Assembly: GCA_964583975.1 (NCBI GenBank)
Contig: CAZOXU010000009.1
Span: forward strand, 3,195 to 67,194
Direction of reading: 5' to 3'
Length of the DNA stretch: 64,000 nt
From: an uncultured Planctomycetales bacterium
GTDB taxonomy: Bacteria > Omnitrophota > Gorgyraeia > Zapsychrales > Fredricksoniimonadaceae
In this document: positions 1 through 9,522 of the stretch, piece after piece
How positions within the stretch are numbered: position 1 is the first letter of the stretch
Layout: each line of letters opens with the position of its first letter
Translations under genes and position numbers: made by a program
The notes under the pieces: model-generated
What the model saw: the letters and a program-made list of their open reading frames with translations, nothing else
Databases searched by the model: none
Told to the model about the DNA's origin: nothing

Positions 1-3000
1 TTAACTCAACAGGCAGATCAGCCATTAGCGGTTTTTGATACCAAGGAAGCTTTTTGGCGAGCAGCTCCTTTGTCAGGACAAATACTGGAATTAGAACGAA
101 CTCCGATTCAAACCGTTTATATAGCAACCATGGATCGCGAGGTTGCCTTAAGAACCCAACTCGAGGCAGAGGCAGAATCAAATCGAATTTTCAATCGTCA
201 ATCCCAGCTTGTTATTGTGGATGATTCTACCCAGGAGATCTTAAAAGCTAATCAGAAGACTTTGCAAGAGATGTACAAACGCTTTGGATGGCAGTCTTGG
301 CATATTACGCCACAATTAAGAGAGAAAGAATACGATCAATACACCGATGCCATATTAACACGATATCAAGAAGCCTTAGATCTCAATCAATTACGACCGC
401 AAATTCAAAATATTTTAGAAACAAAGCGAATTATAAGTGACGGCAAGATTGATAGAGTGGCTTTGCGAAAATATTTAGAAAAGAATGTGTTTAATCATAT
501 TTCAGGTGTGCGCAATCGAACCTTGCTTAAGGCCAAAGGCGAGTCAACCATTATGAGCATGGATGATGATGCTCCTCCGGAAACCTATGTGGTAGCCAAA
601 TCCCAACGTGAGCAGATTCGTAAAGATCGATTAGAAGTTCGAGAACAACAAATTCATCAGTTGTTACAAGAGGCAGGTGATTTGTTAGGGGAAACGATCG
701 ACACAGAAGAGCAATTGTATAGGGTATTAGCGAATTTAAATGGAAATATGAATTCCAGGGTTGAAGTGTTGATACAAAGATATTTTGGGTACAACCCTGT
801 TAATCGTGCCGGTCGCATTCCCTTGGCCATGGGAGAGATTCAAAAAAGAGACCAACAAATGTTAGATACTAATGGTTGGGGAGCTTATCTTGGAATTAGT
901 CACCAGAGGTACCACGGGCTTATGACGCCTAGTGCGCCCTATATGTTGACCATGAGTGATTTCGTTTATTCAAAACCCAGAACAGAGAAAAAGCAGGGAG
1001 CATTTGAAGTTCTTCCAGTTAATGTGCATCGGATGGGAGATCTTGTTGGGAAAAAGGCTGGGGAAACCGATCTGCCTCTGATGGGTTCTCCTTTAGATGG
1101 TAAGGGAGATTTAAGAGGAACCATGGCTCAGCCAGTGGAAGCTAAACAAAGAGATGCTTTAGGTCAAAGAACAATCACCTATGTGGCGGCTCCCTTTGTG
1201 GAAGATCAAGATACTTCTGCCGTAGCTCAATTTATTCGTTATCTTCAAATTGAGCATAAAAAAGCAGCCAACTTACAGCATGCCAATCAATCAGCCTTGC
1301 TTGTTGGGGGGGTGGGCGGATTTGTAGCGGATACCTATGTGATTTTTAATCGTGCGGCCTTAAGTAATCAAACGGTTTCTCCTTCCATTGGACGTGATCT
1401 TCGATTGGAGGAACCTCCTTATATTGCTTGGGTGAAGTCTCCAATGCTTAAAAATAGTGTGACGGTGGCCTATTCACCAGTTGCTGGTGGACAACAGCGT
1501 GAGATCGCTGAGCGATTATATGACATTAGTCGGCAAGATTATACAGAAGTAGTGGGTGTAGTCGCTAGGGCATCGTATGAACAAGCCGTACGAAGGTTTT
1601 ATCAAGAGCTTGCCAATAGGCTAGATCTACAGCAAGAAGATAAGCATTATGAACGTTTGAGATTGCTGGGGCAGATGTATATTCAAGAGGCAGAACTTTT
1701 TAAAACGACTCCAGAGCAACAAGAATCATTAGATTATCAAAGAAATGCACGAGCCATGATGCTAGGCGAATTATCTTCACAAAAGGCTAATCTAGAGAAA
1801 CAATTGGTGATTGATCCCACCAATTTGCAGTTAGCCCAGGTTATTCGAGATATAGATTTGATTTTTGTTCAATATGCGGAATCATTTACTTTTTATCATG
1901 CTAAAAAATCGAGTGATACAGATTTTGGTCCTAAAACGGATAGTTCGGATTTCTTTTATAGAATTAAAAGACAGGGCAATCGATTGTTCTGGGAGAGGGT
2001 AATACCTTATCTTGAAGTGGTTCCTGAGCGTGGAGTTAAGGTGGCTAGAAAAACACAATGGTTAAAGCATGGTACAAACGAATCAGGTCAAATTATGATT
2101 GATTCATTAATTGCTAAAGAAAACTTTGAGATAGAGGGTGGACGGGCAATTGTTCTAAGCGAAATCCCAAAAGAGGGAGAAGAGTTGATTGTTCCAGTAC
2201 TTTTTAATCAGATGAGAGAAGAATTTATAAGCAATGTTGAAAAGAAAGCTCGCGATCAAATTATTTCGGATGGAGAATTGATGTTGTTTTGGCCTGATTT
2301 GGTTGATGTGGCTATTCCTTGGCGAGAAGAAGCAAAGGATCTTGTAAGAAAACAAGCTGAAGACGATAAAATTATTGCTCGAATTCGTGCTCTTTCTGAA
2401 CAAAAGCAGGCGGCAGGTCCAGACGAAAAAACAATATTAGGGTCATCATTTTATCAGCTACCTAATCGTAGAGTCCAAAAGGGAAAATTCTCTCTACAAT
2501 TTAATCCCGACCGTGAAAAAAGAAGACCATCACAATATCAAGGAGGAGGGATACAACAACCATTTAATCCAGATGGATTTAACTTTAATAAAATAAGTTC
2601 AGAGGAGATTATCAGTGAAGGAGTATTGCAAGGCATGCAAGTGAGTACTATTGTCAATGCTAGACCATTTGCTGAAGGTCATTTTTTGCTGGTACCCCAA
2701 AGACAAGCGAATCATCCGCAATATTTAGACAAACCAGAATATATTCAGATGGTCTTAGAAAGAATGGCCAATGCAGACAAAGATAATTTGAAAATTACTT
2801 ACAATAGCATAGCAGCTTTCGCATCTTTGAATCATTTGCATTTTCAAGGGTTTTATTATGGAGGAGATCTAGAAGGACAGCCGTTATTCAATAATGGGCA
2901 ATTACCCGTTGAGAAAACGCCACGAGAAAAGATTTCCATCTTAAATGATGTGCAGATTTCCAAAGTCCTGGATTACCCTGCACATGCCCTCGCATTTACT

Positions 3001-3525
3001 GCTAAGGATCGAGTTAAATTAGCTCAGGCAGTTTTTCAATATGTCGATATCCTTAATCAGCGAAAGATAGCTTACAATATTCTTTTTAACAAAACTGAAG
3101 TTATTGTCTTTCCTCGACAGTATCAAAAAGTTAATTCCTTGGGGACTGGAACAGCAGTTTTAGAATTGAGTGGAGAATTTATTGTTAACGATCAAGAAAC
3201 ACTCAATCAAACTACGGAAGATGTAATTAAGCAAAACTTACAGGAAGCAACGATTGCAGAAGATTTATTTAAGGAAACTGTGACAGCATTGGTTGACAAA
3301 GCTATGTTAAGTAATACCGGTGGTATCGATCTAACCCCAGCCAAATTAAACCTGCAAACAAATAGCAATGGCGTAATCTCTGCCAAAGGCGGACCAGCCT
3401 CTGACTGGAAATTCAACCTAGATCCTGCCATGCTAAAGCAATTACAAAATTCCCCAGGCTTTGTACCAGTGATCATCAATATCCAGCCATTAAGAGATCT
3501 GAAATCCTTCCTTGATGTTGTCTAA
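1..3525 (+). CDS. Giant protein, 5' partial (frame open to position 1; first in-window start TTG at 70). The C-terminal ~210 aa is a GDP-L-galactose/GDP-D-glucose phosphorylase (VTC2/GDPGP1)-like HIT domain.
   Basis: 1151-aa ORF with no upstream stop before the window edge. The C-terminal region aligns motif by motif with plant VTC2: FNPDGFNFNK, GHFLLVPQ, YNSIAAFASLNHLHFQGFYY (HxHxQ GalT-branch HIT motif), ILFNKTEVIVFPRQ and AVLELSGEFIV. Confidence 0.7.
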   Translation, partial: LTQQADQPLAVFDTKEAFWRAAPLSGQILELERTPIQTVYIATMDREVALRTQLEAEAESNRIFNRQSQLVIVDDSTQEILKANQKTLQEMYKRFGWQSWHITPQLREKEYDQYTDAILTRYQEALDLNQLRPQIQNILETKRIISDGKIDRVALRKYLEKNVFNHISGVRNRTLLKAKGESTIMSMDDDAPPETYVVAKSQREQIRKDRLEVREQQIHQLLQEAGDLLGETIDTEEQLYRVLANLNGNMNSRVEVLIQRYFGYNPVNRAGRIPLAMGEIQKRDQQMLDTNGWGAYLGISHQRYHGLMTPSAPYMLTMSDFVYSKPRTEKKQGAFEVLPVNVHRMGDLVGKKAGETDLPLMGSPLDGKGDLRGTMAQPVEAKQRDALGQRTITYVAAPFVEDQDTSAVAQFIRYLQIEHKKAANLQHANQSALLVGGVGGFVADTYVIFNRAALSNQTVSPSIGRDLRLEEPPYIAWVKSPMLKNSVTVAYSPVAGGQQREIAERLYDISRQDYTEVVGVVARASYEQAVRRFYQELANRLDLQQEDKHYERLRLLGQMYIQEAELFKTTPEQQESLDYQRNARAMMLGELSSQKANLEKQLVIDPTNLQLAQVIRDIDLIFVQYAESFTFYHAKKSSDTDFGPKTDSSDFFYRIKRQGNRLFWERVIPYLEVVPERGVKVARKTQWLKHGTNESGQIMIDSLIAKENFEIEGGRAIVLSEIPKEGEELIVPVLFNQMREEFISNVEKKARDQIISDGELMLFWPDLVDVAIPWREEAKDLVRKQAEDDKIIARIRALSEQKQAAGPDEKTILGSSFYQLPNRRVQKGKFSLQFNPDREKRRPSQYQGGGIQQPFNPDGFNFNKISSEEIISEGVLQGMQVSTIVNARPFAEGHFLLVPQRQANHPQYLDKPEYIQMVLERMANADKDNLKITYNSIAAFASLNHLHFQGFYYGGDLEGQPLFNNGQLPVEKTPREKISILNDVQISKVLDYPAHALAFTAKDRVKLAQAVFQYVDILNQRKIAYNILFNKTEVIVFPRQYQKVNSLGTGTAVLELSGEFIVNDQETLNQTTEDVIKQNLQEATIAEDLFKETVTALVDKAMLSNTGGIDLTPAKLNLQTNSNGVISAKGGPASDWKFNLDPAMLKQLQNSPGFVPVIINIQPLRDLKSFLDVV

Positions 3526-3593
3526 TAATTTATCTTATTTATCTTCTGTATGTGTTCTGATATATTGACTGGATTAATTTTAGAAAGGCTCGT

Positions 3594-4142
3594 ATGGTTT
3601 GGATACTTTGTCTTTGTGTTGTGCTTTTAAGCAGTTGCCAGCAACAACCTCAAGAACGTCATTACACTGAAATAAATATTGAAGCTGTGCAAGTCGCTGT
3701 TCCTAGCGTTTCTGCAGCCGCTGATATGCTCACCTGGGAGATTCCCACGGGCTGGAGGCAAGTGGCTGGCGAAGGGATGCGCGTTGTCACCTTCCAGTTG
3801 ATTTCTGATGCAAAGGCGATAGATTGTTCGATAGTTGCTCTGGGTCGTATGGCAGGCACTTTAGAGGCTAATTTGCGCCGCTGGATGGGTCAGATCCAAC
3901 TTCAAGCATCATCGCAAGAATTAAAAACATTGATAGATGCCGCAGCGAGTGTTCGTATTAAAAGCGGGCAGGAAGCTCACATTTTTGATTTTACAAATTT
4001 GCCATCGGATCAGAGCATGATCGTGTCCATGATCACAATGGAAGATGCTACGGTTTTTGTAAAGATGACTGGTTCAGTTGTCTTGGTTAAAGAAAATAAG
4101 AATGGTTTCTTAAAATTATTAGGGTCAATATCCCGTCGATAA
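3594..4142 (+). CDS. Lipoprotein of unknown function (signal peptide plus lipobox LLSSC)
   Basis: N-terminal hydrophobic segment followed by Cys. RBS-like sequence upstream. Confidence 0.5.
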   Translation: MVWILCLCVVLLSSCQQQPQERHYTEINIEAVQVAVPSVSAAADMLTWEIPTGWRQVAGEGMRVVTFQLISDAKAIDCSIVALGRMAGTLEANLRRWMGQIQLQASSQELKTLIDAAASVRIKSGQEAHIFDFTNLPSDQSMIVSMITMEDATVFVKMTGSVVLVKENKNGFLKLLGSISRR

Positions 4143-4147
4143 ATCAA

Positions 4148-5191
4148 ATGATCAAATTCTTAAGTTCAACACGCCTTACCGTTATTTGCTTGTTTTTGTT
4201 ATTTGTCCTAACCTTCTGGGGAACCATTGCCCAAGTTCATCATGGACTTTATCTTGCCCAAGAACGTTTCTTTAATTCATTCGTCTTTCTAGCCGCAGGG
4301 TGCATACCTTTTCCAGGAGCACAGTTGGTTTTGTGGATTTTGTTTTTTAATCTGTTATGCACATCAATAGTTACCTTTAAGAAATATATACGATGGCCTT
4401 ACGCAGGGTTGCTGATGGTCCATGGAGGGCTTCTTTTATATTTTGTAGCTGCCTTCATGGTGTTTCATGTAGCTGAAGAATCACATGTACGTTTAACTCA
4501 AGGCGAGGCCACCAATGTTTCGACATCCTACTATGACTGGGAGGTGGCGTACTGGCCAGAGGGTAACAATCAGCAGTATCAAGTAACAGCGATTGATACT
4601 ACAGGTTTTAAAGAAGGGTATATCGTTCCTTTTTCAAGCCAAGATTTTGTTTTAAGTGTGAAGAAATTTTATTCCAATTGTGATGATTTTATAAGGCCTA
4701 AACCCATTCTTAAAGAGAGAGAGCAGAATATTGCAGGAGGGACTTTTGATATCACCTTTGAGGGTAAAAGTCATCATTTAATATTGTATGGGGCTGCGCT
4801 GCCGACAAAAGTCAATATAGCTGGGAAAACATATAATTTTATTTTGCGCCATAAACGTTACGTCTTACCTTTTACGATCAAATTAGACAGCTTTAAGGCT
4901 GAATTTTATCCAGGAACGCAGACAGCCAAAAGCTTTGAAAGCTTGGTCAACGTTTCTACAGGAACGCTCCAACGTCAGACGCGTATTTTTATGAACAATC
5001 CTTTGAGGTATAAGGACTACACTCTATATCAAGCCTCCTATGACGTAGATGCAAATGGAAGGGAACATTCGACTTTGGCGGTAGTTAAAAACTTTGCGAA
5101 ATTTTTGCCTTATATCGCCTGTTTTGTTGTTTTTCTGGGGCTGGCTTTGCATTTTTTGATTCAGGCCTTTAGTTCGAGGAATCGCCGATGA
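4148..5191 (+). CDS. ccsB: Cytochrome c biogenesis protein ResB/Ccs1-like (system II), short form
   Basis: N-terminal TM helices, large extracytoplasmic region and C-terminal TM. Its stop overlaps the ccsA start (ATGA coupling). Confidence 0.45.
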   Translation: MIKFLSSTRLTVICLFLLFVLTFWGTIAQVHHGLYLAQERFFNSFVFLAAGCIPFPGAQLVLWILFFNLLCTSIVTFKKYIRWPYAGLLMVHGGLLLYFVAAFMVFHVAEESHVRLTQGEATNVSTSYYDWEVAYWPEGNNQQYQVTAIDTTGFKEGYIVPFSSQDFVLSVKKFYSNCDDFIRPKPILKEREQNIAGGTFDITFEGKSHHLILYGAALPTKVNIAGKTYNFILRHKRYVLPFTIKLDSFKAEFYPGTQTAKSFESLVNVSTGTLQRQTRIFMNNPLRYKDYTLYQASYDVDANGREHSTLAVVKNFAKFLPYIACFVVFLGLALHFLIQAFSSRNRR

Positions 5192-6834
5192 TACTACGTT
5201 TATCTTTAGCGTTAGTGTTGATCTTATTGTTTTCTGGGAATGCTTTGGCTGAATTCAGGATTAATAGTTTTAAGAGTATTCCCGTGCTGGACAATGGCCG
5301 CCTTAAGCCTTTGGATACCTATGCTCGCAGTGTATTAACGCAATTCTCTGGCAGGGACCACTATGGTAAGCAAGAAGCGACCGACTGGTTGGCTTGTGTG
5401 TTCTTTAAATCTCAAACGACAAGTGACGATAAAATCTTTTTAATTAATAACCCTGAGATTGCAACGGCTTTGGGAATCTCTCCGGAAGACCATCGCAGAT
5501 ACGCGCCTGAGCAATTAATCAAATCGTATAGCAAGCTCGAGGTGCTTCACGAAGCAGCGCTGAAGATTCCTGAGCGTGAGCGCAGTCTGGTTGAGAATGA
5601 AATCCTACGTGTATTCGATAATGTTAATCTCTACGCCGAACTTTCGCATTCATTCGTCTTTGCTTTGCCTCAAAAAGATTTTACGATTCTGTCGAGAACT
5701 ACAAAGACAGAGCTTGGTTTGCCGTTAGCACAAGATCAATTTAGTTTTATCGATATTGCCTTAAGAGCAAAGGCCTTACAAAAGTTATTTAAAGGTTTAC
5801 AGAGTAAGTCGCCCTCACAATTTACAAAAGACGAAAGTGAATTGCTGCAAGTCACAGGTAATTTATTCCGTTGGTCTAAAGCTTATAAAGATTTACCTTT
5901 TAATGTGATACCTTCAAGAAATAAAGATCGATGGTTAAGTCCGTGGGATGCGCTGACGTCAGATTTTAGTAATTCCAACACTGTTGAGTTGCTTCTTCTT
6001 TGGAGTCAAATGGCCACAAGTTTTGCTCAAGATAATAAAGCACAATTTGATCTTGTGCTGCGATCTTACCAGAAGATTATTCCTTTAAGCTTGTCTAAGT
6101 CTGAACTAAAGAGTTTTAATAAATTTATCGTGGAATTGTTTTACCATGTTAGCTCTCCATTTACGTGGGCCATTATGTTTTATATTCTTACCTTTGTCTT
6201 TTTTGTCTTCTCATTTTCTTCTTCTAAAAAAATTTGGTATCAATGGGCCATGGCAAGCGCCTTTATAGGTTTTGCCATTCATGTGCTGGGTTTAGCGATG
6301 CGTATTGTGATTATGGGCCGCCCGCCAGTTTCCAGTCTTTATGAAACCTTTATTTTTGTTGGAGCAATCGCTGTCTTTTTAGGGCTAGCCATTGAACATT
6401 TTAATCGACAATGGTTGGGATTTGTGACAGCTGCTATCAGTGGTGCGGTTTTATTATTTATTGCTCATAAATATAGTGCTGAGGGTGACACTTTAAAGGT
6501 ATTGATTGCCGTATTAAATTCTAATTTCTGGTTAGCGACCCACGTAACGAGTATTACTATGGGTTATGCAGCCACCTGTGTAGGAGGAGTGCTTGGGCAT
6601 ATTTGGTTAATTCAGGCTGTTTTTAATAAAGACAGGAAAGTTCTCGATCAAACTTATAAAACAACATTAGGTATTTTAGGTGTAGCCTTGACCTTGACCT
6701 TTCTAGGTACCAATCTTGGTGGTATCTGGGCTGACCAAAGCTGGGGCCGATTTTGGGGGTGGGACCCTAAAGAAAATGGGGCCCTGATGATTGTGCTATG
6801 GATTGCGTTACTATTTCATGCCAAGATTGCTTAA
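5188..6834 (+). CDS. ccsA: Cytochrome c-type biogenesis protein CcsA/ResC. This is the N-terminal 548 aa, ending at an in-frame TAA.
   Basis: Polytopic membrane protein with the WWD heme-handling motif WGRFWGWDPKENGAL near its end. It stops just after the conserved LFHAK segment. Confidence 0.7.
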   Translation: MILRLSLALVLILLFSGNALAEFRINSFKSIPVLDNGRLKPLDTYARSVLTQFSGRDHYGKQEATDWLACVFFKSQTTSDDKIFLINNPEIATALGISPEDHRRYAPEQLIKSYSKLEVLHEAALKIPERERSLVENEILRVFDNVNLYAELSHSFVFALPQKDFTILSRTTKTELGLPLAQDQFSFIDIALRAKALQKLFKGLQSKSPSQFTKDESELLQVTGNLFRWSKAYKDLPFNVIPSRNKDRWLSPWDALTSDFSNSNTVELLLLWSQMATSFAQDNKAQFDLVLRSYQKIIPLSLSKSELKSFNKFIVELFYHVSSPFTWAIMFYILTFVFFVFSFSSSKKIWYQWAMASAFIGFAIHVLGLAMRIVIMGRPPVSSLYETFIFVGAIAVFLGLAIEHFNRQWLGFVTAAISGAVLLFIAHKYSAEGDTLKVLIAVLNSNFWLATHVTSITMGYAATCVGGVLGHIWLIQAVFNKDRKVLDQTYKTTLGILGVALTLTFLGTNLGGIWADQSWGRFWGWDPKENGALMIVLWIALLFHAKIA

Positions 6835-7038
6835 ATGATAGGGCCTTTAGGACTGGCCGTGGGATCCGTGATTGGTATGATGGTTGTCATGTGGGCTTGG
6901 TTTGGTGTTAATCTTTTAAGCGTAGGTCTTCATTCGTATGGATTTACTTCTGGAATTGTAACGACCTTGGTTATTTATGTAATTTGTGAAATAGTTTTTA
7001 TTACCATTACAGTTGGTGTATTAAGCAGGAAGAAATAA
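6835..7038 (+). CDS. ccsA: CcsA C-terminal fragment (67 aa), same frame as 5188..6834 and separated from it only by TAA
   Basis: Contains the conserved ResC/CcsA C-terminal motif FGVNLLSVGLHSYGF and a TM helix. Its ATG immediately follows the TAA. Confidence 0.6.
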   Translation: MIGPLGLAVGSVIGMMVVMWAWFGVNLLSVGLHSYGFTSGIVTTLVIYVICEIVFITITVGVLSRKK

Positions 7039-7047
7039 GGAGTATTA

Positions 7048-7935
7048 ATGTCAGTTCATTTTGCTTTTCGTTTTTATAAATCGGAGAATGTGCGATCCGA
7101 AGAATCTTTAGACTCGGAAGGTAATATTTTCTTTCAAGGGACTAATGGGGCCACGGTTATTCTTATTCATGGATTAACAGGATCGCCACGAGAAACTGCT
7201 TATCTGGCACAGTATTTGAATCGTAAGGGAGGTTATACCGTCCTTTGTCCACGTTTGGCAAATCACGGTCAACCCATGGATATCTTTCGAAAAACAAAGT
7301 GGCAGCAAATGTATGAGTCGGTGCGTAAGGCTTTTTTAGCAAGAGAGGCGGCTGGCGATAAAAATATTTTTGTCTCAGGACTGTCGGTTGGTGCTCTGTT
7401 AGCTTTACTTTTGGCACATGAATTTAAGGGAAGAGTAAAAGGAGTCAGTTGTTTATCTCCCATATTCTTTTTTGATGGATGGAATGCTCCTAAAACGCGA
7501 TTTCTTTTGCCGTTAGGGTTTTATACTCCTTTGAAGTACTATCTCTTCTTTAAAGATGGGTTTCCTTATGGCATTAAAAACGCGATCATCCGCCAAAGGA
7601 TCCATGAATACTATGATCAAAGGACAGTGCATGATTTAGGTGAAGTGACTAAGAATGGCTATCCATTTTATCCTATAGCGTTGCTTTACCAGCATCGGTT
7701 ATTGGTTTCTCATTTGAAACAAAAAATGGCTGACATTGAAGCTCCAGTACAGGTAATTCAAGCCCAAGAGGATGATATGAGCTCGGTTAAGAATGCGCAC
7801 TATGTTTGTGATCGAGTTAAATCCCAAGTTAAAGAGATTGTTTTATTGAAAGACTCCTACCATGTGATTGTTGCCGACCAAGAGCGTGAAAAGGTGGCCT
7901 ACGAATTACAGCGGTTCTTCGATTCTTTAATCTAG
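7048..7935 (+). CDS. Alpha/beta-hydrolase fold esterase/lipase (carboxylesterase or monoacylglycerol-lipase-like)
   Basis: HGLTGSP oxyanion region and GLSVGA nucleophile elbow (GxSxG). About 290 aa. Confidence 0.6.
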   Translation: MSVHFAFRFYKSENVRSEESLDSEGNIFFQGTNGATVILIHGLTGSPRETAYLAQYLNRKGGYTVLCPRLANHGQPMDIFRKTKWQQMYESVRKAFLAREAAGDKNIFVSGLSVGALLALLLAHEFKGRVKGVSCLSPIFFFDGWNAPKTRFLLPLGFYTPLKYYLFFKDGFPYGIKNAIIRQRIHEYYDQRTVHDLGEVTKNGYPFYPIALLYQHRLLVSHLKQKMADIEAPVQVIQAQEDDMSSVKNAHYVCDRVKSQVKEIVLLKDSYHVIVADQEREKVAYELQRFFDSLI

Positions 7936-8010
7936 ACATAATATAATAATCAGTTAAAATGCCATTTTTGTGTAAGCTTTATCCCCCAATAAACAAGGTT
8001 TATTTTAGAA

Positions 8011-9258
8011 ATGACTATAAAAAAGCGAAGAGTGGTAGTCACGGGCTTGGGTGTTTTAGCCTCCAATGGTATTGGTAAAGATCGTTTCTGGGAAGCTAAT
8101 CTTCAAGGCCGTTGCGCTATGGGGCCTATTAGTAAATTTGATGCTTCTGCCTATCAAACCCGCATTGCAGCTCAGCTAACAGGCTTTAATCCTTTAGATT
8201 TTATGCCAGAGGGGGTTGCTAGTAAGGTTGATGAGTTTGCCCAATTTGCTCTAGCGAGTGCCAGAATGGCCCAAAAAGACAGTGGTTTGAAACTCGAGGC
8301 AGAGAATCCTTATCGTTTAGGGGTTGTGATTGGTTCAGGTTTGGGCGGAATGTTTTTTTATGAACGTCAAATTACCGCCGTACTTGAGGCGGGCCCAAAA
8401 AAAGCACATCCTTCTTCGGTCTTACGGGTAATGCCCAATGCTCCTTCGGGAGTTGTTTCTATTGAACTTGGTTTAAAAGGCCCTAATATGACGGTTGCAA
8501 CAGCGTGTGCCTCGGGTAATCATGCCATTGGCCAAGCTTATGAAATGATTTGTCACAATAAGGCGGATGTTATTTTTGCGGGGGGAAGCGAGGCCCCGAT
8601 TGTTCCTTATACCTTTGCTGCCTTTGATAATATGCGCGTTATGTCTAGAAAGAATGATACACCGCTAGAAGCTTCCAGGCCTTTTGATAAGGCAAGGGAT
8701 GGGTTTGTGATGGGAGAGGGATCAGCCATGTTGGTTCTTGAAGAGTTAGAACATGCCCAAAAGAGAAATGCTCATATCTATGCCGAAATCGTTGGCTATG
8801 CTTTGACTTCGGGCGCTCAACATATGGTTATTCCTATTGCTGATGGCGAAGATGCAGCCCGCACCATGCGTTTGGCCTTAGCAGATGCCGGTTTGCAGCC
8901 AACGGAGGTTAGTTATATCAATGCTCACGGAACATCCACCACCGCGAATGATCGAGCTGAAACCCTGGCGATCAAGGAAGTTTTTAAAGAGCAAGCGTAT
9001 AAGATTCCAATTTCTTCTACAAAATCAATGGTTGGTCATACCATTGGGGCTGCTGCAGCTATTGAAGCTGTGGCATGTTGTTTGGCTATTCAAAATAATA
9101 TTGTTCCTCCGACAGCTAATTATCAACAGTCTGACGGGGAATGTGATTTAGATTATGTGCCAGGAGTGGCACGCGCTCATAAGGTGGATGTAGCTTTATC
9201 CAATTCTTTTGGGTTTGGAAGTAACAATGCTACGTTAATATTCAGGAGGTTAAAGTAA
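8011..9258 (+). CDS. fabF: 3-oxoacyl-ACP synthase II (KAS II, FabF-like)
   Basis: Active-site Cys in ATACASGNHAIG, the His motifs HGTSTTANDRAE and MVGHTIGAAAA, and a 415-aa length. Confidence 0.85.
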   Translation: MTIKKRRVVVTGLGVLASNGIGKDRFWEANLQGRCAMGPISKFDASAYQTRIAAQLTGFNPLDFMPEGVASKVDEFAQFALASARMAQKDSGLKLEAENPYRLGVVIGSGLGGMFFYERQITAVLEAGPKKAHPSSVLRVMPNAPSGVVSIELGLKGPNMTVATACASGNHAIGQAYEMICHNKADVIFAGGSEAPIVPYTFAAFDNMRVMSRKNDTPLEASRPFDKARDGFVMGEGSAMLVLEELEHAQKRNAHIYAEIVGYALTSGAQHMVIPIADGEDAARTMRLALADAGLQPTEVSYINAHGTSTTANDRAETLAIKEVFKEQAYKIPISSTKSMVGHTIGAAAAIEAVACCLAIQNNIVPPTANYQQSDGECDLDYVPGVARAHKVDVALSNSFGFGSNNATLIFRRLK

Positions 9259-9522
9259 ATGTCCACAGTAGATCCCGCAGCTATTGAATTAAAAGTGAAA
9301 CAAGCCTTAGCTAAAGTATTAAATATCAAAGAGGATACTATTACAGTAGAAAAGCGATTAGTTGAAGATTTGAATATTGATTCTTTTGGGGCTGTTGAAC
9401 TCGTATTTGAACTTGAAGACTTAACAGGCATTGAAATTCTACAAGCAGACTACATTAATTTAAAAACAGTTGGGGATGTCAGTTCTTTTATTTGTTCCCG
9501 TTTGGCTACTAAAAATGCTTAA
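9259..9522 (+). CDS. Acyl carrier protein (dedicated ACP)
   Basis: 87 aa with a DSFGAVELV phosphopantetheine-attachment Ser motif. Its start abuts the KAS stop (TAAATG). Confidence 0.8.
   Translation: MSTVDPAAIELKVKQALAKVLNIKEDTITVEKRLVEDLNIDSFGAVELVFELEDLTGIEILQADYINLKTVGDVSSFICSRLATKNA

Noticed and set aside
2155-2403. Antisense ORFs nested inside long coding genes. Examples: 2155-2403, 3207-3479, 3662-3859, 7163-7463, 9177-9431, 10349-10668, 11003-11254, 11673-12141, 12340-12627, 13140-13943, 15713-16141, 16258-16723, 18681-19174, 19707-20108, 21977-22315, 22558-22743, 22912-24063, 25434-25954, 26933-28052, 29187-29623, 30770-31009, 31554-31739, 32853-33291, 33718-34902, 37128-37574, 40066-40302, 42587-42862, 44154-44387, 44933-45133, 45842-46045, 47178-47429, 48359-49528, 50031-50246, 53173-54350, 55457-55696, 55986-56198, 57019-57495, 60125-60325, 62152-62352.
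   Set aside because: Each lies wholly within, or antisense to, a longer ORF with clear homology and motifs. They have low-complexity or atypical composition, no RBS and no recognisable domains, so they are treated as frame shadows.
5188-7038. Alternative genetic code (TAA as sense) as the explanation for the in-frame stop in ccsA
   Set aside because: TAA terminates many clearly complete genes in this window, for example at 3525, 9258 and 11597. Global reassignment is therefore not supported, and local recoding, a nonsense mutation or a sequencing error are the remaining options.
9470-9522. Upstream extension of the HAD phosphatase ORF (start at 9470), which overlaps the ACP gene
   Set aside because: The extension encodes a hydrophobic peptide inside the ACP coding region. 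A Met (MLKNKN) at 9515 follows the ACP stop and gives a conventional start, so I used 9515.
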